Positions 41,840 to 52,572 of a stretch of DNA of 64,000 bases are shown one piece after another; position 1 is the first letter of the stretch; every line of letters begins with the position of its first letter. The position numbers were made by a program, and so were the translations under genes. The DNA is from an uncultured Gemmataceae bacterium (lineage in GTDB: Bacteria; Planctomycetota; Planctomycetia; Gemmatales; Gemmataceae). The notes under the pieces are model-generated. The model saw only the letters and a list, made by a program, of their open reading frames with translations, did not search any database and was not told the origin of the DNA. The stretch is taken from assembly GCA_963750165.1 (NCBI GenBank), contig CAVVPN010000011.1, positions 192,001 through 256,000 of the forward strand. The letters are read 5' to 3'.

Positions 41840-42781
41840 TTATGGGGCCTCCACCCATTTGCCGTTTCGGTAGTAACAATTGCGCGGATTGAAATCGGTG
41901 GTGAGCGTCTCCAAACTCAAGGGCAACACAGGACTCACCTGTCGCGCCTGGAGAATGGCGGACCAGTTGGTTTCGCGGACTTTTTTCTTGTCGCCAACCT
42001 TGTCGCTGGCCTGTTGTTCGATCACCCATAACTCGGCCTGAATGACAATGCGCATGGCGTCGTCGGGGAAGGTTTGATGGTCGCCTTTGCCGGCATCGAC
42101 GCACCGCTGCAGGAAGGCTTTTTGGTCCATCATGCCGGGCACCAGGTCGAACATTTTTTCCATGCCCTGGCGCGTGGCATAGTCCTTGGCGAGCCTGGTG
42201 TCCCCCGTCCGATAGTACTTGAGCGCCTTGAGAAAGTCCGGCGCCAGGGCGGCCTGTTCCTTTGACAGCCGCGCCGGCTTCACGGCGTCCCCCTTCAAAG
42301 CATTGACATCGCCCTTCGGATCGAGCAGGACGGCCAGGGCCAGGCATTTGCGGGCTTCCTGCGGGGTGCGCGCCAGGGCGCTCATGCCGCGCAACGCGAC
42401 GGGCCCGAATTGCTGCGGTTTGAGGTGGGCGGCAATGAAGAACAAGCGCCGGGCCGTGTGCCGGGCCTCGGGGTCGTCTTTCTCGATCGCCAGCACTGCG
42501 GCGTAATCACAATACGCCCTGGCGTCGGCTGGCGTGAGTTGCCCAAGGCGCTCCCGGTCGAGTTGATGAATGATCTTGATGTTATCTTTGCTTCGGTTGT
42601 AGGCGGTGCGTTTGGCATCGGTGCCCGGACCATTGGCAATCACCAACGTCTTGCCGTCATCGCTGACGAAGAAGCCGCTGACCCGGACGCCGGGCTTTAA
42701 TTCAATGATGATCGCCCCGGCCGTGGACGGCACGGCCAGGAACCCCACGGTCAACCCAAGGATGAAGGACCGCCACCGCAT
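41840..42781 (-). CDS. Exported hypothetical protein
   Basis: Signal peptide; co-oriented with neighbours. Confidence 0.7.
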   Translation of the reverse strand: MRWRSFILGLTVGFLAVPSTAGAIIIELKPGVRVSGFFVSDDGKTLVIANGPGTDAKRTAYNRSKDNIKIIHQLDRERLGQLTPADARAYCDYAAVLAIEKDDPEARHTARRLFFIAAHLKPQQFGPVALRGMSALARTPQEARKCLALAVLLDPKGDVNALKGDAVKPARLSKEQAALAPDFLKALKYYRTGDTRLAKDYATRQGMEKMFDLVPGMMDQKAFLQRCVDAGKGDHQTFPDDAMRIVIQAELWVIEQQASDKVGDKKKVRETNWSAILQARQVSPVLPLSLETLTTDFNPRNCYYRNGKWVEAP

Positions 42782-42784
42782 CGT

Positions 42785-45700
42785 TCACCTCTTGAGCTTG
42801 TTGGTCAGCGCCCAGATTCTCAGGATGGCCTCTTCGCCCGCGCCAGTTGATCGACCACACCCGAAGACTGAAGATCACGGCGTTCCAGTTCTTCTCGAAC
42901 CGCCGCCATGTCTTTGGCTTGATCCGCGGCCTGCGTCTGAACAGCCAGGGACAGCACCTGGATCCAGATCCGCTGCAGGAGCACCATGTGCTCCAGATCG
43001 TTGTCGGCGAGGAACCTGGCGACCTGCAACTGACGGCCGACCTGGGTCAGGTACGCCCTCTCCCTGGCGGTCAGATTTTGTTTGGCCGCCCTGGCCGCGA
43101 CGTGCTCGATGACCTTCTCCAGCACCCTGGTGGGTCGCGTTTGGTTCAAAAAGTCGGCGTCGTCAATGCCGAACGCCAGGCCCTGTTCGCGGTACAGGTC
43201 GCGCAGGATGTCCGCCGCCTCCGCGCCGGCGGCCAGCCTGGTGCCCGTCAGTTCGAGCGCCCGTTGCAGCAACAGCTTTCGGCACGCCAACCGCCAATCA
43301 TCGTCCCCATAGAATTGCAGCTTTTTCTGGAGCACGCCGCCGGTGACCGCCTCCAGGGTCTCTTTCTTGGTCATGTAGTTTTCGTTATTTTCGTTGCCGG
43401 CGTAGTCGGCCAGGGCCAGCAGCACCGGGCGGCACTTGCCGATGGCTTCCAGCTTGGGGGTTACGGCGTCGAGTTCAGTAGTCTGCCGAATCGTCAACAA
43501 ATAGCGGGCGATTTTCTGTGCGTAGCGCGGCGCCAGATCGCTGGGGGCGCTGTCGGCGAGTCGGTTGAATGCGTCGATTCGCGCCTGGCTTTTCTTGGTG
43601 GGGGCGAGGTTGTCGAGGTCGCGCGGATCGAATTGTACGGTGTTGCTGTCCTTCGCTTTCGGCTCCTCCTGAACGGGTCCCTGAGGGGGCATTTGAATGG
43701 GCATCCCGGGCGGAGCGAAGACTTTGCCGAAGCCGGGCCTGCCGAGGCCGGAGATTTCTTGAATGCGCAGTTGAAAGGGGCCGATCCCCACAACGTTAAA
43801 GGTGGTCGCAATGATCCGATACACACCGTCCGCCGGCACCCGATACACGATGCGCGCGTTGAGGCCGCCGCCACTGTCGTCATCCTGGGCCACGACCTTG
43901 TTGTTGGGATCCAGTAACCGAAGATAATTGTCAAAGCGGCTCAGCATGAAGATGCTGTAGACCTGACCTGCCTTCATGCTGATTGGATACGCTTGATAAA
44001 AGCGGCCGCCGCCCATCGCGTCCCGAGGGCTCCTCGGCGTCAGCGCGCCGATAAAAATCCGGAGCTGTCCGCCCACGACCAGGGTGTTCGCGGCGGGTAT
44101 CACCGGGGCCTTGGCTTTTTTATCGGGCGGCTGCTTCGCTTCGACTACCTTGGGCGGTTCGGGTTGCGTCACCTCCGGAACCTTGACGGTGATCAGATCG
44201 TCAAACCGTTCCAGGCGGGTGTCCTTGTGGAACAGGGTGCAGGCCATCGTGGAGGCGTGGGCCAGGCGCACGGTGTCCTGCAAGAGCGCGGCCTCACTGC
44301 TCGGGCCCGCCTTGACGGACGACAGGGCACTGCCGGTCAGGGTTTGCAGTTGCACAAGCCGCTCCCTGAACGTGATCCTGGCCCGGGTGGTGGCGCGCAA
44401 CAGGCTCTTCTGGAACGCCTCCGCTCGGGCGGCCTGCGTCAACTTGGTGTCGGCCGGTAGTTTCCATTTGGCGGCCAACACCCCTTCCAGCTGCGGTGCC
44501 ACGGCGGGGGTCGCTTGTTTATAGAGTTCGACGATCCGCAAACCGGTGGCCAGGTCGTTGCTTTCCAGGCACGCTTTCAAGATGAGCTCGAACTTCGGCC
44601 ACAGGTCGCCTCTCCTGGCCAGGCCCGCCTCGACCAGGGCGACATCGACCGGGCCGCGAACGGCCGGGGGAAGGTCGGCCGCAAACCGGCGGAGCAGGTC
44701 GTCGCGCAGCGCCAGGGCGCGGTCGATATCCTTCGCCGCGGTTGGCAGTGTGTTCTTGTAGCACCGTTCCGCGAACCACTTCTGCGCCTCCGCCTTGAGC
44801 TGCGCCGGCGGCACCGTGGCGTCGAGGCCGGGAAAGACTTCTGCGAGATCGCCCACCAGGTTTTTGACACGCTTCTCGTGTTTCGCGAGGTTTTTTTGGC
44901 TCAGGGCAGCGAGAAAGACTTGCAGCGCCCAGTAGCCGCGCTCCACGTCTTCTTTCCCCTCCGGCCCGAACGCGGCGTTGCGCGACGGGAACTGGCTCCG
45001 CAACCCCTGCCGCAGCGCCATCAAGCTGTAGTCGCTCGGATCGAAGGCGAAACATTCCGCGAGCAAGTCGCGCAGCGCGTCCTGCATTTTTGGCTGCAGT
45101 TTCGGCACCAGCTTCGGCACCTGCGCCGCAAACTTCTCGTAGGCACTGCTGCGCTTCGCCTCGTCCGTGACGCCAAGGCCGTCGATGACCGCTGCCTCTC
45201 CCGGCACACTGTTGTGGATATCGTTCACCACCGCGGCCAGCCGGGTGCCCGGGACGCTGGCCCACCATGCCTCGTTTTTCGCCGGCTGCTGCGGCGGCTG
45301 CGGCGGCGGCGCTGGCGGCCTGGGGTCCACGACCGGCGGCGGTTCCTCAGCGCCCTTCCCGCCAGCACCCAGCAAGAACGCGACAATGCCGAGCACGAGC
45401 ACGAGCACGAGACCCGCCGCCCCGATCAGCCAACCGAGCGGCAGCGTTCTTGGCGGCGCTGGCGGCGCGGCAGCCGCGGCCGGCCCGGCCACGACCGCCA
45501 GGGTCAAGGGCACGACAAACTGCTGTTTACCGTTCCCCTGAATCGTTACCTCGGCCTGGAGTGTTTCCCCTGGCCGGGGCGGAACCTCAATGAACAACGG
45601 GATCGTGGCCTTGTTGCCCTGCGACTTGCCCGGGCCCGCCTTGATCCACTCCTGGTTGCACCACGCCTGGGCGTAAACCACCCGGGCCTCCCTGGTGCTG

Positions 45701-46704
45701 ATTGTCACGCGCTTGGTGAGGCGCTGCCCGACCTGGCCCTTGCACAGCAGGCGCTCGGTGCTGACCTCCAACTGGGGCGGTTTGGTCAACCCCAGCGCCT
45801 CGAAAAATTGCTGCACGGCGCTCATGCCCGAGGCCTGTGTCCCCTCCACCGGGTAGGTCCAGCCGTTGCTCGCGTACCAGGCTTTCACGGCGCCCTGCTC
45901 GAACAGGACCGCCGCCTCCTGCGGGTTGGCTTTCGCCTTGAGAGCCAGCTCGCGCGGCGACCGGGCGCCGGCCAGCACGTCGTTGGTATCCTTGCCGCTC
46001 GGAAATGGCCGCACCGGGACAGCAGCGCGCACCTGCAAGATGAACTGACCGCCGTTGGTATCGATGATGATTTCGCCGCGCAGCGGCTTCAGCCCAGCGC
46101 GGATTTTGTTGCCGGGCACGCGCACCGACAACGTATAAATGCCCCGGGTCTGAAACATCTTCAGCGACGCCCCGTCGCCGAGCACGAGCCAATCGCAGTC
46201 CGTCATCACCATGCCGCGCAGCACCAACATGCCGCGGTTCGTAATCAACAGCTCAAAGCGGTGGTCGGTCCCCGGCGTCAGCGTGCCCAGGTTTTCCTCG
46301 GCGGACGGCAGGGCCAACTGCGGTGGGCGCAGCACGTTGGGGTCGGCCGGGATTTTCTCCAGCAACTGGCTCAGCCCGACATCGAGGTTGGCTTCCTTGC
46401 CGGCTTGCCGGGCGACGGTCGCCAGGTCGATGCGCCCGATCGCACTGAAAAACGCGGACCAGGTGCCCTCGGCCAGCAGGCTCCGGGCTTCGTCCCAGCG
46501 GGCATCGCACGCCAGGGCCAGTTGATTGAAATTGTCGCAGGCTTGACCGTCGGAAAAGCAGAACGGCATGGGAAAGGGAAATGTGCCGGCTTGCCGCGGC
46601 CCCGCCTCGCCTTCCTGCGTCAGATTCCGACCGTCGAAGTAGCAATAAGTCGCGTTCGCCGGATTGGCTCTCGAACAAGCAGGGCAGAGGGTAGTCATGG
46701 GCAC
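42785..46704 (-). CDS. Large membrane-anchored protein: zinc ribbon, Ig/BACON-like domains, TM, PPC-like domain
   Basis: CPAC...CYFDG; beta-rich repeats; TM; FDNYLRLLD...DDDSGGGLNARI; frameshift near the 3' end. Confidence 0.7.
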
Positions 46705-47077
46705 CTCGAAATCCGATCCTTCACCCGACGCACGCTCGTTGCGCTCGCCGTGGGTGTCGGGCGAGACACGGCAAACAATGAACGGTCCACCGGCCCTGCT
46801 CGTTTGCCCAGCAGTCCTTGCCCTTCACCCACTCACCCGACCCTAACTGTCATTTTCTGTGAAATCGCTGGCAATGCAAGGGAAAAACCGCGCGCGGTGC
46901 GACCCCACGGTTTCGCAGGGACGCCTCCTCAAGCAAATCCAGGACCATCTAGTGATTTGCGGGAATGGATTTGATTCGTTCGGAAATTGCTTTCAACTTC
47001 TCCAGGCGTGGAGTACAACAGAAGGAAAGACAGGCCTACCTCCTGGTGTATATCCGAAGACGCCGGAAGAATGCAAG

Positions 47078-49577
47078 ATGATGACCATCAACCTCCGAAT
47101 CTCCATTGCTTTGTCCCTGACGCTGGTCGCTGTCCCCGGGGTGGTGTCGGGGCAACCGCTGCCGCGCGACGAGGCGGCGGCGCTGGCGTTCTTCGAGAAG
47201 AAAGTCCGGCCGCTGCTGGTCAGCAACTGCTACAACTGTCACTCCGCCAGCACCAACGCCAAGGGCGGCCTGCGCGTCGATGACCGCAACGGCCTGCTCG
47301 AAGGCGGCAGCCGTGGACCGGCGGTGGTGCCCGGCCATCCGGAGAAGAGCTTGCTGCTGCAGGCGGTCGCGCACAAGCACAAGAACCTTAAAATGCCGCC
47401 GAAGAAACAGCTCACGGTCGAGGAGGTCGCCGACCTGACGCGCTGGATCAAGGACGGGGTGGCGTGGCCGAAGGTGCGGCTGCCGGCCGGGCTCGGCAAG
47501 ACCAGGGCGGCATACGATCGGCTGCGCAAGGAGCACTGGGCCTGGCAGCCGTTGCGGGAGACGCAGCCGCCTCCGGTGCAGGACGGCGCCCGGGCGCGGA
47601 CCGACAGCGACCGCTTCCTTCTGGCTGCGCTGGAACAGAAGGGGTTGCAGCCGGTCGCCGACGCGGCGCCGGGGACGCTGCTCCGCCGCCTGTACTTCGA
47701 CCTGACCGGATTACCGCCGACGCCCGAAGCAATCGCGGCGTTTGAGCAAGCCGCCATCGGCAATCGGCGAGCCGCAATCGAGACGGTGGTGGACCGCCTG
47801 CTGGCGGCGCCGCAGTTCGGCGAGCGCTGGGGCCGGCACTGGCTGGACGTGGCCCGCTACGGCGAATCGACCGGCTCGGCCCGGAACCTGCCCTACCCGC
47901 ACGCCTGGCGCTACCGCGATTACGTCATCGACGCCTTCAACCACGACAAACCCTACGACCAGTTCCTCCGTGAGCAGATCGCTGGCGACCTGTTGCCGGC
48001 CGCGTCGCCGCGGCAGCGCGACGAGCAGTTGATCGCCACGGGCTTTCTGGCGCTGGGCGTCAAGGACGTGAACCAGCGTTTCAAGGTCCGCTTCGTCATG
48101 GACAACGTGGACGAACAGATCGACACGGTGTCGCGAGCGGTGCTGGCCCTGACGGTGAGCTGCGCCCGCTGCCACGATCACAAGTTCGACCCGATCCCGA
48201 CACAGGATTATTACGCCCTGGCCGGCATCTTCCGCAGCAGCGACCACTGCTCCGGCCTGCGCAACAAGATGGGCGGCGGCGGCCTGGACTACTACGACCC
48301 GGCGTTGCTGCTGCACCTGAGTTCGATCAAGAAGGCCCCGGACCCGAAGTTGGCCGAGAAGATCGCGGCGGCGAAGGCCAAATTGGACAAGGCGAAGGCG
48401 GAGTTCCAGGCCATCTTCGGCACGCCCAAAGGCAAGGAACTCGCCGCCGACGGCCGGCCGAACCAGCAGATCGCCCGGCAGAAGATGAACCTGGCGCAGA
48501 AGGAACTGGTCGCGCTGACCGACCCGGCGCTGACCGGGGCGGTGGCCCTGGGCGTGCGCGACAGCCAGAGCGTTGGCGACACGGAAATCCGCATCCGCGG
48601 CGAGGCGGAGAAGCTCGGTCCGCTGGTGCCGCGCGGCTTTCTGTCGGCGCTCCCGGTGCCGGACGCCCCGCAGGTGAATCCGCAGCAGAGCGGCCGGCTG
48701 GAACTGGCTCAGTGGTTGACAAGTCCGAAGAACCCACTGACGCCGCGGGTAATGGTCAACCGGGTGTGGAAGCACCTGTTTGGCCAGGGGCTAGTGAGCA
48801 GCGTGGACAACTTCGGCGTGACCGGCACCGCGCCGTCGCACCCGGAGCTGCTCGATCACCTGGCGCGGCGGTTCGTCCAGGAGGGCTGGTCGGTCAAGAA
48901 GCTGGTGCGGACGTTGGTGCTGAGCCGGGCGTATCAGCTCGGTTCGGCGGCGCCGAAGGCCAACCTGGCGGTCGATCCGGCCAACCGGCTGCTATGGCGG
49001 CACAGCCCGCGGCGGCTGGACGCGGAGGAAATCCGCGACGCCATGCTGGCCGTCGCCGGCCGGCTGGACCGGGCGCGGCCGCAGGGTTCGGCCGCACAGG
49101 ATCTGAAGGTCATCGAACTGTCGAATCTCAGTCCGATTGCGAAGCGCATCACCGAGGAGGCGGTCAAGAGCACACACCGCAGCGTGTACCTGCCGCTGGT
49201 GCGCGGCCTGACGCCGCGGTCGCTGGAGGTCTTCGACTTCGCCGAGCAGGGCATGGTGACCGGCAGCCGTGACAGTACCACGGTCGCGACGCAGGCGTTA
49301 TACTTGCTCAACGACCCGTTTGTGCGGCAGCAGTCGCAGGCGCTGGCCGGCCGGCTGTTGCAGCGCTCGGACCTGGGCGACGCTGGCCGCGTGCAGCTGG
49401 CGTATCGGTTGACGCTGGGCCGGGCGGCGACGGCGCAGGAGGCGGAGCGGGTGCAGGGTTACCTGGCGGATTACGAGTCGGCGGCGCGCGGAGGGCGATG
49501 CCAATCCGCGGGCGGCGGCGTGGGCCAGTTTTTGTCAGGCGGTGCTGGCGTCGGCGGAGTTTCGCTATATCAGGTGA
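47078..49577 (+). CDS. Planctomycete cytochrome c / DUF1549 / DUF1553 protein (frameshift near 49495)
   Basis: CYNCH, HWAWQP, GERWGRHWLDVARY, CARCHDHKFDP, NPLTPRVMVNRVW, PSHPELLD. Confidence 0.9.
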
Positions 49578-49583
49578 AGTAAG

Positions 49584-49784
49584 ATGAGCACACCGAAGTT
49601 TCCGCCCGGTTGGGACGAAGCCCGCGTCCAACGGTTGATCGCTCACTACGAGCAGCTGGACAATGACGCCCAGGTGGCAGAGGATGAAGCTGCCCAGGAG
49701 ACGGAAGGGCAAACGGTCATGGTTGTCCCGACCGATCTGGTGCCCCAAATTCGTGAGTTGATTGCACGCAGGACCAGCGCCTGA
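49584..49784 (+). CDS. Small acidic hypothetical protein (66 aa)
   Basis: FPPGWDEARVQRLIAHYE...AEDEAA...VPTDLVPQIRELIA; fills the gap between two genes. Confidence 0.7.
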   Translation: MSTPKFPPGWDEARVQRLIAHYEQLDNDAQVAEDEAAQETEGQTVMVVPTDLVPQIRELIARRTSA

Positions 49785-49795
49785 AGGATGAGTTC

Positions 49796-51178
49796 ATGTT
49801 GCACCCGCAATCCCGTTCGACCGCGCCAGGCACTGAAATCAGCCGCCGCCATCTCCTGAAGACCGCCGGCGCCGGCTTCGGTTACCTGGCCCTGGCCGGC
49901 CTCCTCGGCCACACTGCCCCGCGGGCGTCCGCCGACGGCCCGCTGACGCCGCGCACGCCGCATTTCCGCGCCCGGGCCAGGCGCATCATCTTCCTGTTCA
50001 TGGAAGGCGCGATGTCGCAGATGGACACCTTTGAGTTCAAGCCACGGCTGCAACGGGAGAACGGCCGGGAGGCTCCGGGCGGCGCCACCCTGACCGCGTC
50101 GCGCTTCCGCTTCGCCCGGCACGGCCAGAGTGGCACCTGGGTGTCGGAACTCTTTCCGCACACCGCCCGGCACGTGGACAGGTTCTGCTTCCTTCGCGGC
50201 CTGCACACCGACACGCCGGCCCATCCGCAGGCGGTCATTCAGTTGCACACCGGCACCGCCCTGGCGCAGCTCACGCGGCCATCGATGGGCGCGTGGCTGC
50301 TGTACGGCCTGGGCACCGAGAACCAGGACCTGCCCGGCTACGTCACCATCAACCCGTCGCCCAACTTCGGCGGAGCGGTGAACTACGGCAGCGCGTTCCT
50401 GCCGGCCCACTTCCAGGGCACGCGCATGAACGATGCCGGCGAAATGGCGAACCTGCGGCCGGCGACGGCCCCGGCCCTGCAGCGCCGGCAGCTGGAGTTG
50501 ATCCAGTCCATGAACCGCGATCTGGCGGCGGCGCCGGGCGCTCCGGACCAGGTGGAAGGCGTGATCCAGTCCTACGAGCAGGCGTTCCGGATGCAGGCGC
50601 GGTTGCCGGAGTTGCTGGACCTGTCACGAGAACCGCGCGCGGTCCTCGATGCCTACGGCGTGCGGCCTGGCCCGGCCGGCAGCTTCGCCCGCCAGTGCCT
50701 GATGGCCCGGCGGCTGAGCGAGGCGGGCGTGCGCTTCGTCGAGATCACGCAAACGGGCTGGGACCACCATAGCAACCTGCATCAGGGTCTGATTAACCAG
50801 TCGCGCATGGTCGATCAACCGACCGCGGCGCTGCTGACCGACCTGGAGCGGCGCGGGCTGCTCGACGAGACGCTGGTGCTGTTCGGCAGCGAGTTCGGCC
50901 GCATGCCGACGGCGCAGGGGGCGGACGGTCGCGATCACAACATCACTGGCTATCCGATGTGGCTGGCCGGGGCGGGCGTCAAGCGCGGCTTCACCTACGG
51001 CGGCACCGACGACTACGGCCTGCACGCGGTTGAGGGCCGCATGCACACCACGGACCTGCACGCCACGTTGCTGGCGCTGCTGGGACTGGACCACGAGCAG
51101 TTGACGTACCGTTACGCCGGCCGCGACTTCCGCCTGACGGACGTGGGCGGTCGCGTGGTCCGCGACATCTTCGCCTGA
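49796..51178 (+). CDS. DUF1501 protein with Tat-like signal
   Basis: SRRHLL, IFLFMEG, RPSMGAW, GWDHH, EFGRMP, GRDHN. Confidence 0.9.
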   Translation: MLHPQSRSTAPGTEISRRHLLKTAGAGFGYLALAGLLGHTAPRASADGPLTPRTPHFRARARRIIFLFMEGAMSQMDTFEFKPRLQRENGREAPGGATLTASRFRFARHGQSGTWVSELFPHTARHVDRFCFLRGLHTDTPAHPQAVIQLHTGTALAQLTRPSMGAWLLYGLGTENQDLPGYVTINPSPNFGGAVNYGSAFLPAHFQGTRMNDAGEMANLRPATAPALQRRQLELIQSMNRDLAAAPGAPDQVEGVIQSYEQAFRMQARLPELLDLSREPRAVLDAYGVRPGPAGSFARQCLMARRLSEAGVRFVEITQTGWDHHSNLHQGLINQSRMVDQPTAALLTDLERRGLLDETLVLFGSEFGRMPTAQGADGRDHNITGYPMWLAGAGVKRGFTYGGTDDYGLHAVEGRMHTTDLHATLLALLGLDHEQLTYRYAGRDFRLTDVGGRVVRDIFA

Positions 51179-51216
51179 GTGCGCGGTTACCAACAACGCG
51201 ATACCGTATTACCCGA

Positions 51217-52020
51217 TCACAACGACCGCTCGGTGAGCCCGGCGTCGGGACTCTGCTCGGTCCTGTCCGGCGGCGTTGCTGGCCCGCTCCCGGGGGCACG
51301 GAAGTGCACCTCCGGCAGTTCCAGCACCCCTTTGCGCAGGGCGTGCTCCCAGCGCGTCCGGATGTCGCGCAGGTCCGGATCCTGGTCGTCGAAATGCCGG
51401 TAGCGGCTGAGGTGCAACTCATCCCGGCTATATACCAGCAGGTCAATGGGCGGCCCGACCGTCACGTTCGAGCGCATCGTCGAATCCAGCGAAAGCAGAG
51501 CGTACTTGGCCGCCTCCTCCAGTGAGGTTGAGTTGTACCGCACCCCACGGTCGAGGATCGGCCGGCCGTACTTGCACTCGCCGATTTGCAGGAACGGCGA
51601 GTCCTCCGTCGCGAACAATGGGTTGCCTTGCGGGTACAGCAGGCACAGGTGGTGAACCTCGTCGCGAATCTGTCCGCCCAGGAGCAGGTGCATGTTGAAC
51701 TTGAACTCATCGCGCTCCAGGGCGGCCCGGTCCAGGTCGGAGACGCGGCGGACCTGCTCGCCGGCGGCGCGGGCGGCGTCGTAAAAATTGCCGGCCGCCG
51801 CCAGACCGCGCCCCGCGTCGAAGTCCCGGCGCAGCAGCGTCACCACCGACTGCGTCAGCGACAGGTTGCCGCTCGTCAGCAGGATGAAGGCGCGGGCGCC
51901 GGGCTGCACGAACGTGTACATCTTGCGGCAGATGTTGACCTGATCGTAGCCAGCGTTTGAGCGGCTGTCGGAGGCCATCACCAGTCCCCGCTGCGTCATG
52001 ATGCCCAGGCAGTATGTCAC
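51217..52020 (-). CDS. Proteasome-type Ntn protease (Anbu)
   Basis: MTYCLGI (Thr1), SDSRSNAG, SGNLS, QIGECKYGRPILDR, DSTMRSN.TVGPPID. Confidence 0.9.
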   Translation of the reverse strand: MTYCLGIMTQRGLVMASDSRSNAGYDQVNICRKMYTFVQPGARAFILLTSGNLSLTQSVVTLLRRDFDAGRGLAAAGNFYDAARAAGEQVRRVSDLDRAALERDEFKFNMHLLLGGQIRDEVHHLCLLYPQGNPLFATEDSPFLQIGECKYGRPILDRGVRYNSTSLEEAAKYALLSLDSTMRSNVTVGPPIDLLVYSRDELHLSRYRHFDDQDPDLRDIRTRWEHALRKGVLELPEVHFRAPGSGPATPPDRTEQSPDAGLTERSL

Positions 52021-52100
52021 GGCCCCTCCTCTTCTTCCGGTCCCAGCCAGGGCGTGCCCCTATTCTACCACTTGCGGTGCGCCTGGTTGGCAAAGTCCGC

Positions 52101-52144
52101 TTGACACGGTTCACTACTGCTGGCACAATACCTAAAATTTTAGG
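52101..52144 (+). promoter_or_regulatory. Promoter and palindromic operator for blaI-like operon
   Basis: TTGACA-17-CACAAT with extended TG; perfect palindrome CCTAAAATTTTAGG at 52131-52144. Confidence 0.7.
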
Positions 52145-52173
52145 CTTAAAGTCTTCTGCCAAGGAGGCCGAAG

Positions 52174-52557
52174 GTGACTGACCCATCCACGCCCACGCCC
52201 CGCGAGTTGCAAATCTTGAAAGTGCTCTGGGAGCGCGGGCCGTGCAGCGTGCGCACGGTGTACCAGGAGCTGGCCCAGGCGCAGGAAAAAGACCTGGCGT
52301 ACAACACCGTGCAAACGCTGCTGCGGCTCATGGAAAAGAAGCAGCTCGTCACGCACACCGAGGAAGGACGCACGTTCGTTTACAGCGCGCTGCACAGCCG
52401 CGACGATACCGCCGTGCGCTTCCTCGACCGCGTTTTCGACGGCGCCGCCGACCAGCTGGTGCAGAGCCTGTTGCGCTCCGAGCGCATCCCGCCGGCGGAG
52501 CTGGAGCGGATGCGCGTGCTGATCGAACAGGCCCGCCGTCAATCCCGCGACCGCTGA
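52174..52557 (+). CDS. BlaI/MecI/CopY repressor
   Basis: ELQILKVLW, LAYNTVQTLLRLMEKK, GRTFVY. Confidence 0.92.
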   Translation: MTDPSTPTPRELQILKVLWERGPCSVRTVYQELAQAQEKDLAYNTVQTLLRLMEKKQLVTHTEEGRTFVYSALHSRDDTAVRFLDRVFDGAADQLVQSLLRSERIPPAELERMRVLIEQARRQSRDR

Positions 52558-52572
52558 CCAGGGAGGATCGCC

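Noticed and set aside
37874..46974. Long opposite-strand and alternate-frame ORFs (e.g. 37874-39925, 44515-46974)
   Set aside because: Shadow ORFs of real genes in GC-rich DNA with Arg/Ala/Pro-biased composition.
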